64,000 nucleotides of DNA, taken from a virus. Below, one piece after another: positions 28,841 to 37,819 of this stretch. Within the stretch, counting starts at the first letter, position 1. Every line of letters begins with the position of its first letter. The stretch covers positions 54,252 through 118,251 of the IMG/VR virus record IMGVR_UViG_3300032313_000668. One strand, 5' to 3'. Below the pieces are notes generated by a model, which had not been told where the DNA came from, did no database searches, and worked only from the letters and a program-made list of their open reading frames with translations. The position numbers and the translations under genes were made by a program.

Positions 28841-29110
28841 TTACTTCTCGAACTCTGTCAGGTTTACGCCAAGACTGTCAAGTCGAGCACGTAGTGCTTC
28901 TTCCGAAGCTCCAGGTTCGTAAGACTCTGTGAGAACTCTTGCTACTTCAGGTCGAGCCCAGTCTGATGCACCTTCAATGATTGCCCAGTCAGTTTCGTCC
29001 CAATGGGTGGTCTCCATAATGGTTAGACCAGATGCGTTGCCGTAGCTGCCGTCTTCAGCAAAGTAATGCAAAGAGCGAACAGCTTCTTCTGTGTTTTTTA
29101 CCTCGGTCAT
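28841..29110 (-). CDS. Hypothetical protein
   Basis: GAAGGAG RBS. Confidence 0.7.
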   Translation of the reverse strand: MTEVKNTEEAVRSLHYFAEDGSYGNASGLTIMETTHWDETDWAIIEGASDWARPEVARVLTESYEPGASEEALRARLDSLGVNLTEFEK

Positions 29111-29201
29111 TTGAATCTCCTTCCGTGTCTAGTGTATCTGTTTTTTACCTGCGCTCGCCATAAGAAAGGGGGCTCTCGCCCCCTCCCTCACGCCGTAAGT
29201 T

Positions 29202-29906
29202 TTACTCTTGCCCGACAAGCATCTCAGAGATTTCTTCTATCTCCGATACTGCTTTCTCGGTTGCCTTCTTGTTATTAGGGCAATCGTCATACCAATCTTC
29301 TTCATCCCAGCCCTGAGCACAAGCACATCCGTCCTCGTTGTCTCGGCTTACATAGTCTGCGTGGCTTTGTGGAATGTCCCACTCGTCGCTTACCGATAAC
29401 TCGCCGTCCGTGCCCTCGAACTCCACGCCCCAGCCTTGTTCCTCTTCGCAGTGGAACTTGAAGGTAAGGGTCGGGAACTGTTCAACCATTGCTCGGTATG
29501 CTCCCTCCGCAGGAGACCAAGCCGTGCTGAAACTGTATTGAAGTTCAGTAGGACTGTCCGTGCCGAGGTCGGGGTCGGAAGCATCCCACTTCGTGCCCCA
29601 GTTGCGAATGTTCCAGTCATACCAGCCGTCGGACTTGAACTGCATAGAGAGAGCCATCTTCTCTTCCATAGATAGTTCGTCGTATCCCTCGGGTTTGTAA
29701 TCGCTCGCCCCAAAATACAGTTGCTTGTTTTCTGGCTCTATGAAGTTCCAGAACTGTATGACGCCTTCGTGTGTTCCTTCTACTTGTTGATTTGTTTTGT
29801 AATCTTCGTAGTAGGTGGTGTAAGGCTTTGATGCAAGTTCCTTGAACTCCGCAATCGCTTTTTCATCACCAGTTATGGTGAGGTTGTTATAGACCCAATT
29901 TGGCAT
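29202..29906 (-). CDS. DUF1281/YubB ferredoxin-like family protein
   Basis: MPNW..N.L.I.G; GWYDWNIRNWGTKWD; F.TAWSP. Confidence 0.85.
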   Translation of the reverse strand: MPNWVYNNLTITGDEKAIAEFKELASKPYTTYYEDYKTNQQVEGTHEGVIQFWNFIEPENKQLYFGASDYKPEGYDELSMEEKMALSMQFKSDGWYDWNIRNWGTKWDASDPDLGTDSPTELQYSFSTAWSPAEGAYRAMVEQFPTLTFKFHCEEEQGWGVEFEGTDGELSVSDEWDIPQSHADYVSRDNEDGCACAQGWDEEDWYDDCPNNKKATEKAVSEIEEISEMLVGQE

Positions 29907-30149
29907 TTTATTTCCTTTCGTCGTTTTGGTTAGTAAGGGAGGAAGCCCCTACGAGTTCTATCATAAAGGCTTCCTCATCTGTTGTCAAGTATTACGCCTC
30001 GAAGTCCCAGCGAGCGCCGACTTCATAATCCTTGAAGTCATCCGCAATCCAGTCGTCAAGTTGTTTGATGGCATCCATACCATCCTCCGCCTCGACCTCA
30101 ACTTCATAATTTTTAGTGAGTGTTGCTCTTACAGTTATCTTCGTCATTT

Positions 30150-30350
30150 TTACTCCTTTGCCAATGCAACTGTGTTTAGTAATTCAAGTGCTGGAAGATA
30201 CTCTGTTTCGTAATCTTCTTCACGCCACTCTTGTTTTTCTTCGTCATAGAGTGAGCCTTCGTGAAACTTTGCTGTGAAGGTGTCGTCGTCAATGTGGACT
30301 GACTTGTTGTCAATGTCCACTGCAATCACAAAATGAACTGTGCGTGCCAT
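30150..30350 (-). CDS. Hypothetical early protein
   Basis: ATG after a full cassette (30355-30448). Confidence 0.75.
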   Translation of the reverse strand: MARTVHFVIAVDIDNKSVHIDDDTFTAKFHEGSLYDEEKQEWREEDYETEYLPALELLNTVALAKE

Positions 30351-30910
30351 CTTGTTTCCTTTCGTCGTTTGTTGATGGTGAACTTATTATTACACCTTCC
30401 TGCACACTTGTCAAGTTTTGTTGGGAAAAAGTTTTTCGGCGTGTCGTTCAGTTGACGAGGGCCCTGGAATTAAAGAAGGAAAGTTATTGTGAAGTTAGTG
30501 CAGGAAACTTGCTGACATCAACGAACTACTCCTCTGGAGTTTGTTCCTCAATCGCTGTGCGATTTTTTACCTCACGAGTTCGCATCCGCTTTGTGCGTCG
30601 GTCTTCAAATACCTGGGACTTCTGATTCTGAACATAGTTTCCAGGCACGCCTTTAGTTATCCGCTTGATGCGCTCGCGTTCCCGCTTCTTCTCGTCCATC
30701 TTTAAATTTTACCCCGTCAAAGAAAAACGACCCGCCAAGTCCCGTCGCTGCGGGTGCTTATTGGCGAGCCGTTAAATTTTTTTACTTACTCTGAATCCCT
30801 GGCCGTATCAGCTTTCTCGAGCATTGCATCCGTGAACTCTTCTGCGGTTGGTTCCCAGTCTTCGGGCTTATCGCGAGCCGTGCTCTCAAGCCACTCTACG
30901 TATCCGCGCA

Positions 30911-31108
30911 TTACGCCACCTCCTCTAGAAACTCTACCTTTACCGCATCTCCCAGTTCGTTCATTTTTACCAAGCCGTAGATGTCTTCTATAAAAGTCTC
31001 ACGGGCATAGTCCGCAAACTCTTTGTCCGTCATGGTTGTATCCATGCCGTCTTCTAGAAACGCTTTGTCGAATTCAAAAGTGATGTGCGCTTTTACATAC
31101 CTGCCCAT
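30911..31108 (-). CDS. Hypothetical protein
   Basis: Coupled small ORF. Confidence 0.65.
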   Translation of the reverse strand: MGRYVKAHITFEFDKAFLEDGMDTTMTDKEFADYARETFIEDIYGLVKMNELGDAVKVEFLEEVA

Positions 31109-31287
31109 TACTTCACCAACTCAAGCCGTTGACCCAACCCGAGTCCTAGCTTGCCCGTGCCGTTAAGTTCAAAACAACTTTGGCACATGTAGGCCCAAGG
31201 GCCCATTACAGTGGCGGCATCATAGCGAGCCGTTTCACCGCAATTGAAATCGCACTGTGGCATTACTGCTACGCGAGCCGTTTCCAT
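31108..31287 (-). CDS. Small zinc-binding protein (not in the ORF track)
   Basis: METARVAVMPQCDFNC...YDAAT..GPWAYMCQSCF...LGLGLGQRL; TAATG coupling at both ends. Confidence 0.7.
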   Translation of the reverse strand: METARVAVMPQCDFNCGETARYDAATVMGPWAYMCQSCFELNGTGKLGLGLGQRLELVK

Positions 31288-31733
31288 TATGCGCTCACCT
31301 CTTCTGGTGTCATTGGGTTCTCAGCGGTCAGGCCCGTTGCGTTGCGGTAGAGGCGTGCACCGTCAGACCACTCTGACCAGTATCCGTCCGAGCCGATATC
31401 CACTGCATCACCGTAAACATCTTTGAGGTGGATAAGGCAAGCCGTAACTACTGGGTCATACGATTTGCGTGCCGTCTTGCAGAAATTGAATCCGCTAGCG
31501 TCCACGGCCCAATAAAAGGTTTCGTGAGAATCCGCGCCGTATCCATTGAATGAAACTAATGAATCGGAAATCTCCCACCCACCTAGCTTCTCGCCCATGC
31601 CGTCAGCGATTTGAATGTTGTCGTGTTGTGTTGCGTATTCAATAATCGTGCGAGCGCCGCGAGCAAACATTTCGAATCGCAGTGCATCATCGCGAGTAGT
31701 GCCTACCTTTGAGAAATAGTGTGTGTATCCCAC
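31287..31733 (-). CDS. Conserved phage hypothetical protein (MGYTHY...FCKTARK.YD)
   Basis: Recognisable motif family of unknown function. Confidence 0.75.
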   Translation of the reverse strand: MGYTHYFSKVGTTRDDALRFEMFARGARTIIEYATQHDNIQIADGMGEKLGGWEISDSLVSFNGYGADSHETFYWAVDASGFNFCKTARKSYDPVVTACLIHLKDVYGDAVDIGSDGYWSEWSDGARLYRNATGLTAENPMTPEEVSA

Positions 31734-31801
31734 TTGGGTGTCTCCTTCATCGTTTTTGTTATTAGGGGGTTCCCTAATATTTTCTATTATAGAGTGTTGA
31801 C

Positions 31802-32035
31802 TTAATACTTGTCAAGTGCTTTCTGCATTTTTATCAAAGATTTATCAAAATCTCTTTGAACATTTCTATACTTCCTTTGATACTTCCTGCCCTCAATTGA
31901 AGGTGGGATGTAGGTGCTTCTTCTTATCTGTCGTCTATAGCTTGGCTTAAAGTGGATTACTGCCCAAACAAATAAAGTCAGACCACTACCAATTAACATT
32001 CCAGCAATTAATAGAATGAGTTCTCTTGTTTCCAT
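31802..32035 (-). CDS. Single-pass membrane protein
   Basis: N-terminal TM, basic tail. Confidence 0.6.
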   Translation of the reverse strand: METRELILLIAGMLIGSGLTLFVWAVIHFKPSYRRQIRRSTYIPPSIEGRKYQRKYRNVQRDFDKSLIKMQKALDKY

Positions 32036-32038
32036 TTT

Positions 32039-32287
32039 TTATCCTTTTGTCATTTCTGCTGTTTCTATAAACCCAGCGCCGTTTAGTTCAGGGTCGCGGG
32101 CAGGTATTAAGACGTGACCATTATCAAAAATTAAAACAATCGCGCCTTCTGAATCGTATTCGTCCCAGCCGAAAGCTTCAAGTTCTGATTCTGTCATAGG
32201 GCGTACCGAAACTAACTTCGCTCCAATAGCGCCTTTGCACTGGTCCGCATAGAACTGTTTCACTTCGTCTTTTGTTTTTATGTTCAT
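32039..32287 (-). CDS. Hypothetical protein (RDPE.NG.G motif)
   Basis: GGAGG RBS; TTGACA/TATAAT promoter upstream. Confidence 0.75.
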   Translation of the reverse strand: MNIKTKDEVKQFYADQCKGAIGAKLVSVRPMTESELEAFGWDEYDSEGAIVLIFDNGHVLIPARDPELNGAGFIETAEMTKG

Positions 32288-32329
32288 CTTTCCTCCTAAA
32301 TCTATTATAGAACAACAGATTTACATTTG

Positions 32330-32644
32330 TCAACTATTTGATAAAACTTCTTTTGTGATGAGAATAAAGGCAACCACTGACATTATTAAACCAACAACCC
32401 AATAAAAACTATCTTGAGCAATGAAGATTCCCAGGGATGTAAATGTGCTGGTTATGCCTAGGGCCCAACCCCACTCAACACCAAGACGCTTCCATAGGAG
32501 AAGCCACATCGATAGTGGCCATATAAGAATCTGCAGCATTGCCCAAACGGGCAGCAAGCCGCTAGGCGTGAAGTCGTCATCGTATCCGTTGTTAGCGTCA
32601 GCTCGAGCCGCGGCTACGTTCCAAAGTATAAATAGTTCAATCAT
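32330..32644 (-). CDS. Membrane protein
   Basis: Three hydrophobic helices. Confidence 0.6.
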   Translation of the reverse strand: MIELFILWNVAAARADANNGYDDDFTPSGLLPVWAMLQILIWPLSMWLLLWKRLGVEWGWALGITSTFTSLGIFIAQDSFYWVVGLIMSVVAFILITKEVLSNS

Positions 32645-33327
32645 ATGTTTATCATAGAGCGAACGGGTACCGTTGTCAACCTGGTTAAATTTAAGTTACC
32701 AGCTGATAGCTCGCCGTTTTAAAAAGTTATTTGTTTCTCGGGCGGGCCGCGGGTTAGTTTCTCGGCCGCTCGGTTGAGAAACCTAATCCTACCCACCGTG
32801 TCAAGTCCTGTCAAGCAGCAAACCGTTTCATAGGTTGTTCAACTTGGGCGAGCCGCTGTGGGCTACATCCAAACAACTCACCGTCAACCAGGCAGCTGTA
32901 CCTTCAGAGCTCGCCGTTAAAGTTATTCGGTTCTGCTTACCTGGCCGCCAACTTCAGAACCCATTCTGAACTCTCACCGTTAATACTTGGCGCAGCTATA
33001 CCAGGCCGCTTTAAATTTTTTACCTCCCTGATTTTTTACCGTCAGCAGCTGAGCTGCGGCCGCCAGGTCAACATCGCAATAACTCTCCGTTATACGCGGG
33101 CCGCCTGGTTTTTCCGCCCGTCCGTTCCAGATGGTGAGCTCGCCGCCAGGTAAAAGTTATTGGGATGTTTGGTAACCAAGGTACCCCGAGCTCGCCGTCC
33201 CATACAAACTTAGTTCTAAGGTTGTACGGCAAGTTCTATGATGGGAACCTTAAGCTCCAGTCCGCTGCCGTTAAAGTTATTTGAATGTTCCGTCAGCAAT
33301 GTCGGTGGTTACCGTTATGCTGGATGT

Positions 33328-33498
33328 ATGAATATCTATGCTCATCCCGTTGGGGCAGACCCGTTCCACCTACACGAAGTCCTTATTGCGCTCGCCGCTT
33401 TTGGAACAACGGGTATCGCTTTCCTGTGGTGGGGATTCAAAGACCAGCTCAAGCGGGCCGCTGCCTGGTTTAGGAAGTTGTTTCGTTCTCGCCGTTAG
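33328..33498 (+). CDS. Possible small membrane protein
   Basis: TM helix plus basic amphipathic tail; lone plus-strand ORF in the region. Confidence 0.4.
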   Translation: MNIYAHPVGADPFHLHEVLIALAAFGTTGIAFLWWGFKDQLKRAAAWFRKLFRSRR

Positions 33499-33725
33499 CT
33501 GCAGCTGCGATGTCAATGTCCGTTGAGCATTTAGGGCATCGGTCATGCAGGCCGAGTTCATAAACCTCGCCGCACCAGAAACAATCCTTTAATACTTTTC
33601 CCATTAACTTGGTAACTCATCCATTCTGTCTACCCAGTCCGTTGGGTCTTCCTCTTGGTCACACTTGCCGTTTGATTTTGGCACTTGACAAACCGTTAAT
33701 TACTAGTTAGCATTGGAAATGCTTA

Positions 33726-33911
33726 CTAGTTATTAACTTGCTCCGTTGCCTCTAGTTGAAACCTCTTCAGGCCGTTAAGGAGATTAGCCGCCTCATTTGC
33801 CCTCGCCGTTACGCGGATGTGTTCATCGCGAGTTCGGCACTCAATAATGTCTGATTGAAGGCGGGCCGCAAGCTGCGCCGCCTCTTCGATAAGTTGTTCT
33901 ACCGTCATCAC
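33726..33911 (-). CDS. Hypothetical protein
   Basis: Coupled to the upstream gene. Confidence 0.65.
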   Translation of the reverse strand: MMTVEQLIEEAAQLAARLQSDIIECRTRDEHIRVTARANEAANLLNGLKRFQLEATEQVNN

Positions 33912-34906
33912 AGCTCGTCGAGCTCCTCTGCTGTTATGGTCTCTGACTCGACGGTTGTCTCATCCGTATTTTTTACCTCGGCGCTCGCCGTGGTTTCCTG
34001 AGGTAAAATTTCTATATCTTCGACTTCAGCATCGATAACATCAGCATCATTAACATCTACCGTTCCTCCCAGGAGGATGGCGGTATTGGCGGCTCCTTGC
34101 CGTAGGCGGTTGAGGCGGTCAAGCACAATCTCTGCTGGGGAGCGACCGTCAGTCACCTGGACGTCCACCCCAATATCCACGCCGCCTCGCACGCCTGCGC
34201 GGTCAAGGATTTCGGCTGCGGCTTTAAGGCGCACGGGTTCGGAGACAGCCGTCTCCATAAGTTCTTCCATCACATCTACCGCATAAGGTGCGGATTGCAT
34301 TAGCTTCTTGCGAGCACGTTCGACATCCTCGCCAGGCTTCCGTTGACTGCGGAGGTGGACGCGACACAAGCCGTCATCTTTCAGACGCCCGCTAGACCAG
34401 AGCATGCAGCGCAAGCCGTCGCCCTTAATGATTCGACAGCGGTGGGGCAGAGCGGCAGGCGCTCGCTTTGCTGATTTCGGGCCGCCGTCTGCCTGTTCCT
34501 TCTGCCAAGTCTTAGTAGCACCGACAACCCAGGGAGGTGTAATACGACACGCCGATTCATCAACTATCAGGTCCAGGCCCGTTAAGTAGTCGGAGTTATT
34601 GTCAAGTGGGTTTGAGAGCAGCGGCTTCTTTTCCGCCAGGGAAAGGACACGCCGTTCTTTCATTTGTTCTTGAGAGCGGGCAGCAATAAGCCCCGTTGGT
34701 TGACCCGTCTGTGAATAGACAGGGTCCCAGTTCATTAACGCGCCGCGAAGTATTTGACGGTTCTCGTAGGTGTCCTCGACAACGCCGCGTTCCATCTCAA
34801 CCATGCCGATTGCCGTCAGGTCAGGACGGAAATCTAAGGGAGTATCAACTGCGGGTTCAAGGTCTTCCTCTTCCTTCGGTTCCTCGAAGGGAAGTAGGTC
34901 AGACAT
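33908..34906 (-). CDS. Probable terminase small subunit
   Basis: RC...GDG.RC...LCRVH zinc finger followed by ARKKL..SAPYAV..MEELM...SEPVRLKAAAEILDRAG. Confidence 0.6.
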   Translation of the reverse strand: MSDLLPFEEPKEEEDLEPAVDTPLDFRPDLTAIGMVEMERGVVEDTYENRQILRGALMNWDPVYSQTGQPTGLIAARSQEQMKERRVLSLAEKKPLLSNPLDNNSDYLTGLDLIVDESACRITPPWVVGATKTWQKEQADGGPKSAKRAPAALPHRCRIIKGDGLRCMLWSSGRLKDDGLCRVHLRSQRKPGEDVERARKKLMQSAPYAVDVMEELMETAVSEPVRLKAAAEILDRAGVRGGVDIGVDVQVTDGRSPAEIVLDRLNRLRQGAANTAILLGGTVDVNDADVIDAEVEDIEILPQETTASAEVKNTDETTVESETITAEELDEL

Positions 34907-34916
34907 TTTTTACTTC

Positions 34917-35111
34917 TTAAGCTTCACGTGCAGATGCGAGGTGGTCGTTCAATTCTTGCCGCTTTGTTTGGAGGACAGCGCTGATAGCTTCCTTCTCAAC
35001 CTTTGTGCGGTATTCCTGGTTTGAGAGCATATCAACGTAGCTCTGAATCTCAGCGCGAAGTTCTAGTTCGCGGTCTGCGTGGGCTCTTGCCTCTTCGATG
35101 CTTAGTGCCAT
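34917..35111 (-). CDS. Hypothetical protein
   Basis: AGGAG RBS. Confidence 0.65.
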   Translation of the reverse strand: MALSIEEARAHADRELELRAEIQSYVDMLSNQEYRTKVEKEAISAVLQTKRQELNDHLASAREA

Positions 35112-35182
35112 CTTTTTCTCCTATGTCGGTGAGGTAAAAAATATGGAGAGCGGGGCCCGCGAAGGCCCCACTTCCCAATAAC

Positions 35183-35488
35183 TTATTTCTTTGTTGTGGT
35201 CTTCTTGGCAGCTGGCTTCTTCGCGCTCGCGGCAGCTGTGGATAACTTCTTGCCAACCTCAGCGGCAGCTACCTCTGCGACACGCCCGAAAGCAGGGTCT
35301 TTAGAGTTGAGCCAACGAAGGGCGGTTGGGATTAGGGAGGCCCATAGGGCGTTGGCTACAAGGAGCCACTCGGCACCTGTGAAGTCAAGGGGTGAAGCTG
35401 TTGCTGACATCTCCATAACAATGAAGATGGCTCCGACTACCTGACCAAGCAGGTTGCGGAGGTAGGACTCAATTGCGAGTTTGTTCAT
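35183..35488 (-). CDS. Holin-like membrane protein
   Basis: Two TM helices, LRWLNSKDPAFG, Lys/Ala-rich tail. Confidence 0.6.
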   Translation of the reverse strand: MNKLAIESYLRNLLGQVVGAIFIVMEMSATASPLDFTGAEWLLVANALWASLIPTALRWLNSKDPAFGRVAEVAAAEVGKKLSTAAASAKKPAAKKTTTKK

Positions 35489-35693
35489 TTGGTTTTCGTC
35501 CTTCTTTCGAGGGCTAGATAATTTTTACCTAGTACCACTAGAGTAAGGCATCTTCGGACGAATTTTTTGGAAAAGTTGCGTGATATTTACCCCCTTTTAT
35601 AAACAACCAATTTTGAAATGGTCAATTTCCCTGTGGAAATAAGGGGTTTTGGATTTCGGACGGGACATCAAATTGATGAACAAAAAAGTGTTT

Positions 35694-35915
35694 CTAGACT
35701 TCCGCTTTTCGCCATTCAAAGTAGCTTTTGATATAGACAAAGGCATAAGCGATTGCCATCACAATAAATCCATATTGCTGGGTGACGAGGGCATAAACGA
35801 CCCAGATGACTTCATTAGCTAGTAAGACCAGCCATCCCCAAACGGTTTTCTTTCCGACAAAGTACATTCCAGATACGCCAAGGATAGCCAACAGCCAAGA
35901 CCAATATTCAGTCAT
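35694..35915 (-). CDS. Small PnuC-like three-helix membrane protein
   Basis: WSW.L...G..G....GKK..WGW......E.IW..YA..TQQYGF. Confidence 0.6.
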   Translation of the reverse strand: MTEYWSWLLAILGVSGMYFVGKKTVWGWLVLLANEVIWVVYALVTQQYGFIVMAIAYAFVYIKSYFEWRKAEV

Positions 35916-35981
35916 GTTGACTCCTTTTTCAAATTGTGGGTAGTTCCCAAGGCTATCAGGAATCGTTATCAGATGTGATAA

Positions 35982-36236
35982 CTATTTGTCGTTGGCATCC
36001 ATCTTAAACCAGTTGTGGTCCATCGCAGGATGGTCGACTTTGATGGTGTCTTCAAAGACATACTCAGTCAAGATGTCATGGACTCCCCAAAAGGTAGGGC
36101 TAGTTCCTTCACAGAATGTTTCACCCTTGACTACCAGTTCACCCTCCCAATGTGAGAACTCACCGTCATAGTGAACCTGTCTGATATTGAACGATACATC
36201 TCCATCAAAATGAAGTTTAGGTAAGTTGTTGTCCAT
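35982..36236 (-). CDS. Hypothetical protein
   Basis: ORF in operon. Confidence 0.65.
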   Translation of the reverse strand: MDNNLPKLHFDGDVSFNIRQVHYDGEFSHWEGELVVKGETFCEGTSPTFWGVHDILTEYVFEDTIKVDHPAMDHNWFKMDANDK

Positions 36237-36606
36237 TATTTTTCTCTAGCCTTTTTATATTGCAGTCTTCACAGAGGGTGACAATCCAGTAGGTGTCATT
36301 ACGAATCTCTCCGTATTTCCCACAGCTTTCGCAAGTTGAAGCTGAGCAACTTTCTGCCCATTGTTCGATTGCTTCCATGATGTCGTACTCGATAGTTTCG
36401 TACTTTTTAGTTGTTGCGAAGTAGTAGCGCAAGGTACCGAACTTTTCCTTGATTTGGTGGATTTCATAGTCAGGGTCAATAAAGGCAAACATCTCGTCAG
36501 CCTTCAGAATTATGTCTTTCCACCCATCAGGTGCGATACATCCATACCAGCCAGAAGTCTTTACTCGCTTGGCATTAAGTTCTTGTTGCCAGCTTTGCTC
36601 TTCCAT
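36217..36606 (-). CDS. Conserved phage protein (QIKEKFG.LR.Y, CxxC..CxxC)
   Basis: Recognisable phage motif. Confidence 0.75.
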   Translation of the reverse strand: MEEQSWQQELNAKRVKTSGWYGCIAPDGWKDIILKADEMFAFIDPDYEIHQIKEKFGTLRYYFATTKKYETIEYDIMEAIEQWAESCSASTCESCGKYGEIRNDTYWIVTLCEDCNIKRLEKNNGQQLT

Positions 36607-36785
36607 CTCAGTCCTTCTTGTTTTCCCATTTGGTCAGGTGATAGCCACCATGGACTTCACATTTGTACCAAGTCAGCTTGACACCCTGTTCTTGCTGGGT
36701 CGTCAAAATAACTGAAAGTAGAGTCCCATGGTTTTTATAAATCATCTTGTTCCCATGAGAGTTGCATCGATTGACTAACTCTCCC

Positions 36786-37109
36786 TTAAGGTTGTATGGC
36801 ACTTCCCTGCTCCTGTTCGTCAGGTGTATCTGGCTTCTCCAAGATAGGAAGTTGTGAGTAGGCAGTCTTCTCTTGAACGACATCTACTGCTCGACGAAGA
36901 CCTAGTGAGTATAGAGAGTTGTCTCCCGAGTCCATAACTAGTTCCCACTCTTTTATCATATCTTCTAAGGTATTCACTTTGGATACAATCCAGGAGTCAA
37001 CAGAAGTCTCAATAACTTCGTGAACTTTTATCAGAGCTTCTGGTGTCATCTCACCTCGTTGGGCAAGTTGTCTTAGTTGTTCGACGATGCTGTTTGTTAG
37101 CTGACTCAT
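36786..37109 (-). CDS. Hypothetical protein
   Basis: Coupled ORF. Confidence 0.7.
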   Translation of the reverse strand: MSQLTNSIVEQLRQLAQRGEMTPEALIKVHEVIETSVDSWIVSKVNTLEDMIKEWELVMDSGDNSLYSLGLRRAVDVVQEKTAYSQLPILEKPDTPDEQEQGSAIQP

Positions 37110-37573
37110 TAGACTTCCTCCATACAGGTGTCACATAAAAGAGCATCTAGTCCAGTTGCTTCATACGCAACAGTCTTTGAGGCACCGTTGATTGGTACAG
37201 GCATAATCCGTCCCTCAGTTGTATTACAACGGTCACACTTAATCTGGTCCAACCATCTGGCTTCTTTGCCAACTTGAGCCAATGCGCTAATCCCACGGAC
37301 TAGGGCATGTTCAACTCCAGGTCCAGATGTCTTACGTAAGAACAACCTAGTGTCCTCAACTTCAATTACTGGTCTGATGTTCTTGCATGGGCAGTACATA
37401 CGAGATGGCTGGCAAGTGATAATCCCAGCAGGAGTTGTGTGTTTATTAATAGCATGACCGCAGAGACAAACCCTTGGGTCACGGGGTTTACGGTCTTTTA
37501 GTTTTTCATCTGCTTCATGTGCTTCTTCAGTAGTAATACCTAAAGCTGCTAAAGCTTCTTTGGCACTCGTCAT
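37109..37573 (-). CDS. Zinc-binding protein
   Basis: CLCGH...H...C...CPC and CDRC...CDTC. Confidence 0.7.
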   Translation of the reverse strand: MTSAKEALAALGITTEEAHEADEKLKDRKPRDPRVCLCGHAINKHTTPAGIITCQPSRMYCPCKNIRPVIEVEDTRLFLRKTSGPGVEHALVRGISALAQVGKEARWLDQIKCDRCNTTEGRIMPVPINGASKTVAYEATGLDALLCDTCMEEV

Positions 37574-37773
37574 TTTCTTCCCTCATCTTCCTCAAAGCGT
37601 TTTACCAAATCTCCGAACTTAATCTCAGTTGAGATTTTGTCCTCCATCTGGTTTAAGAATTCATCCACAAACTTTCGCTTGCGTTGTATATCAATCCATC
37701 TCAGAAGCGATACCGCTCCTAGTACAGACATGAAGTTCAGAACTGCTAACAGTCCAAACTGAATCCAAGTCAT
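37570..37773 (-). CDS. Single-pass membrane protein
   Basis: N-terminal TM. Confidence 0.65.
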   Translation of the reverse strand: MTWIQFGLLAVLNFMSVLGAVSLLRWIDIQRKRKFVDEFLNQMEDKISTEIKFGDLVKRFEEDEGRK

Positions 37774-37819
37774 TTGTAACTCCGTCTCTTTGTCTTTGAA
37801 GTTTCCTTCATAGAGCATC

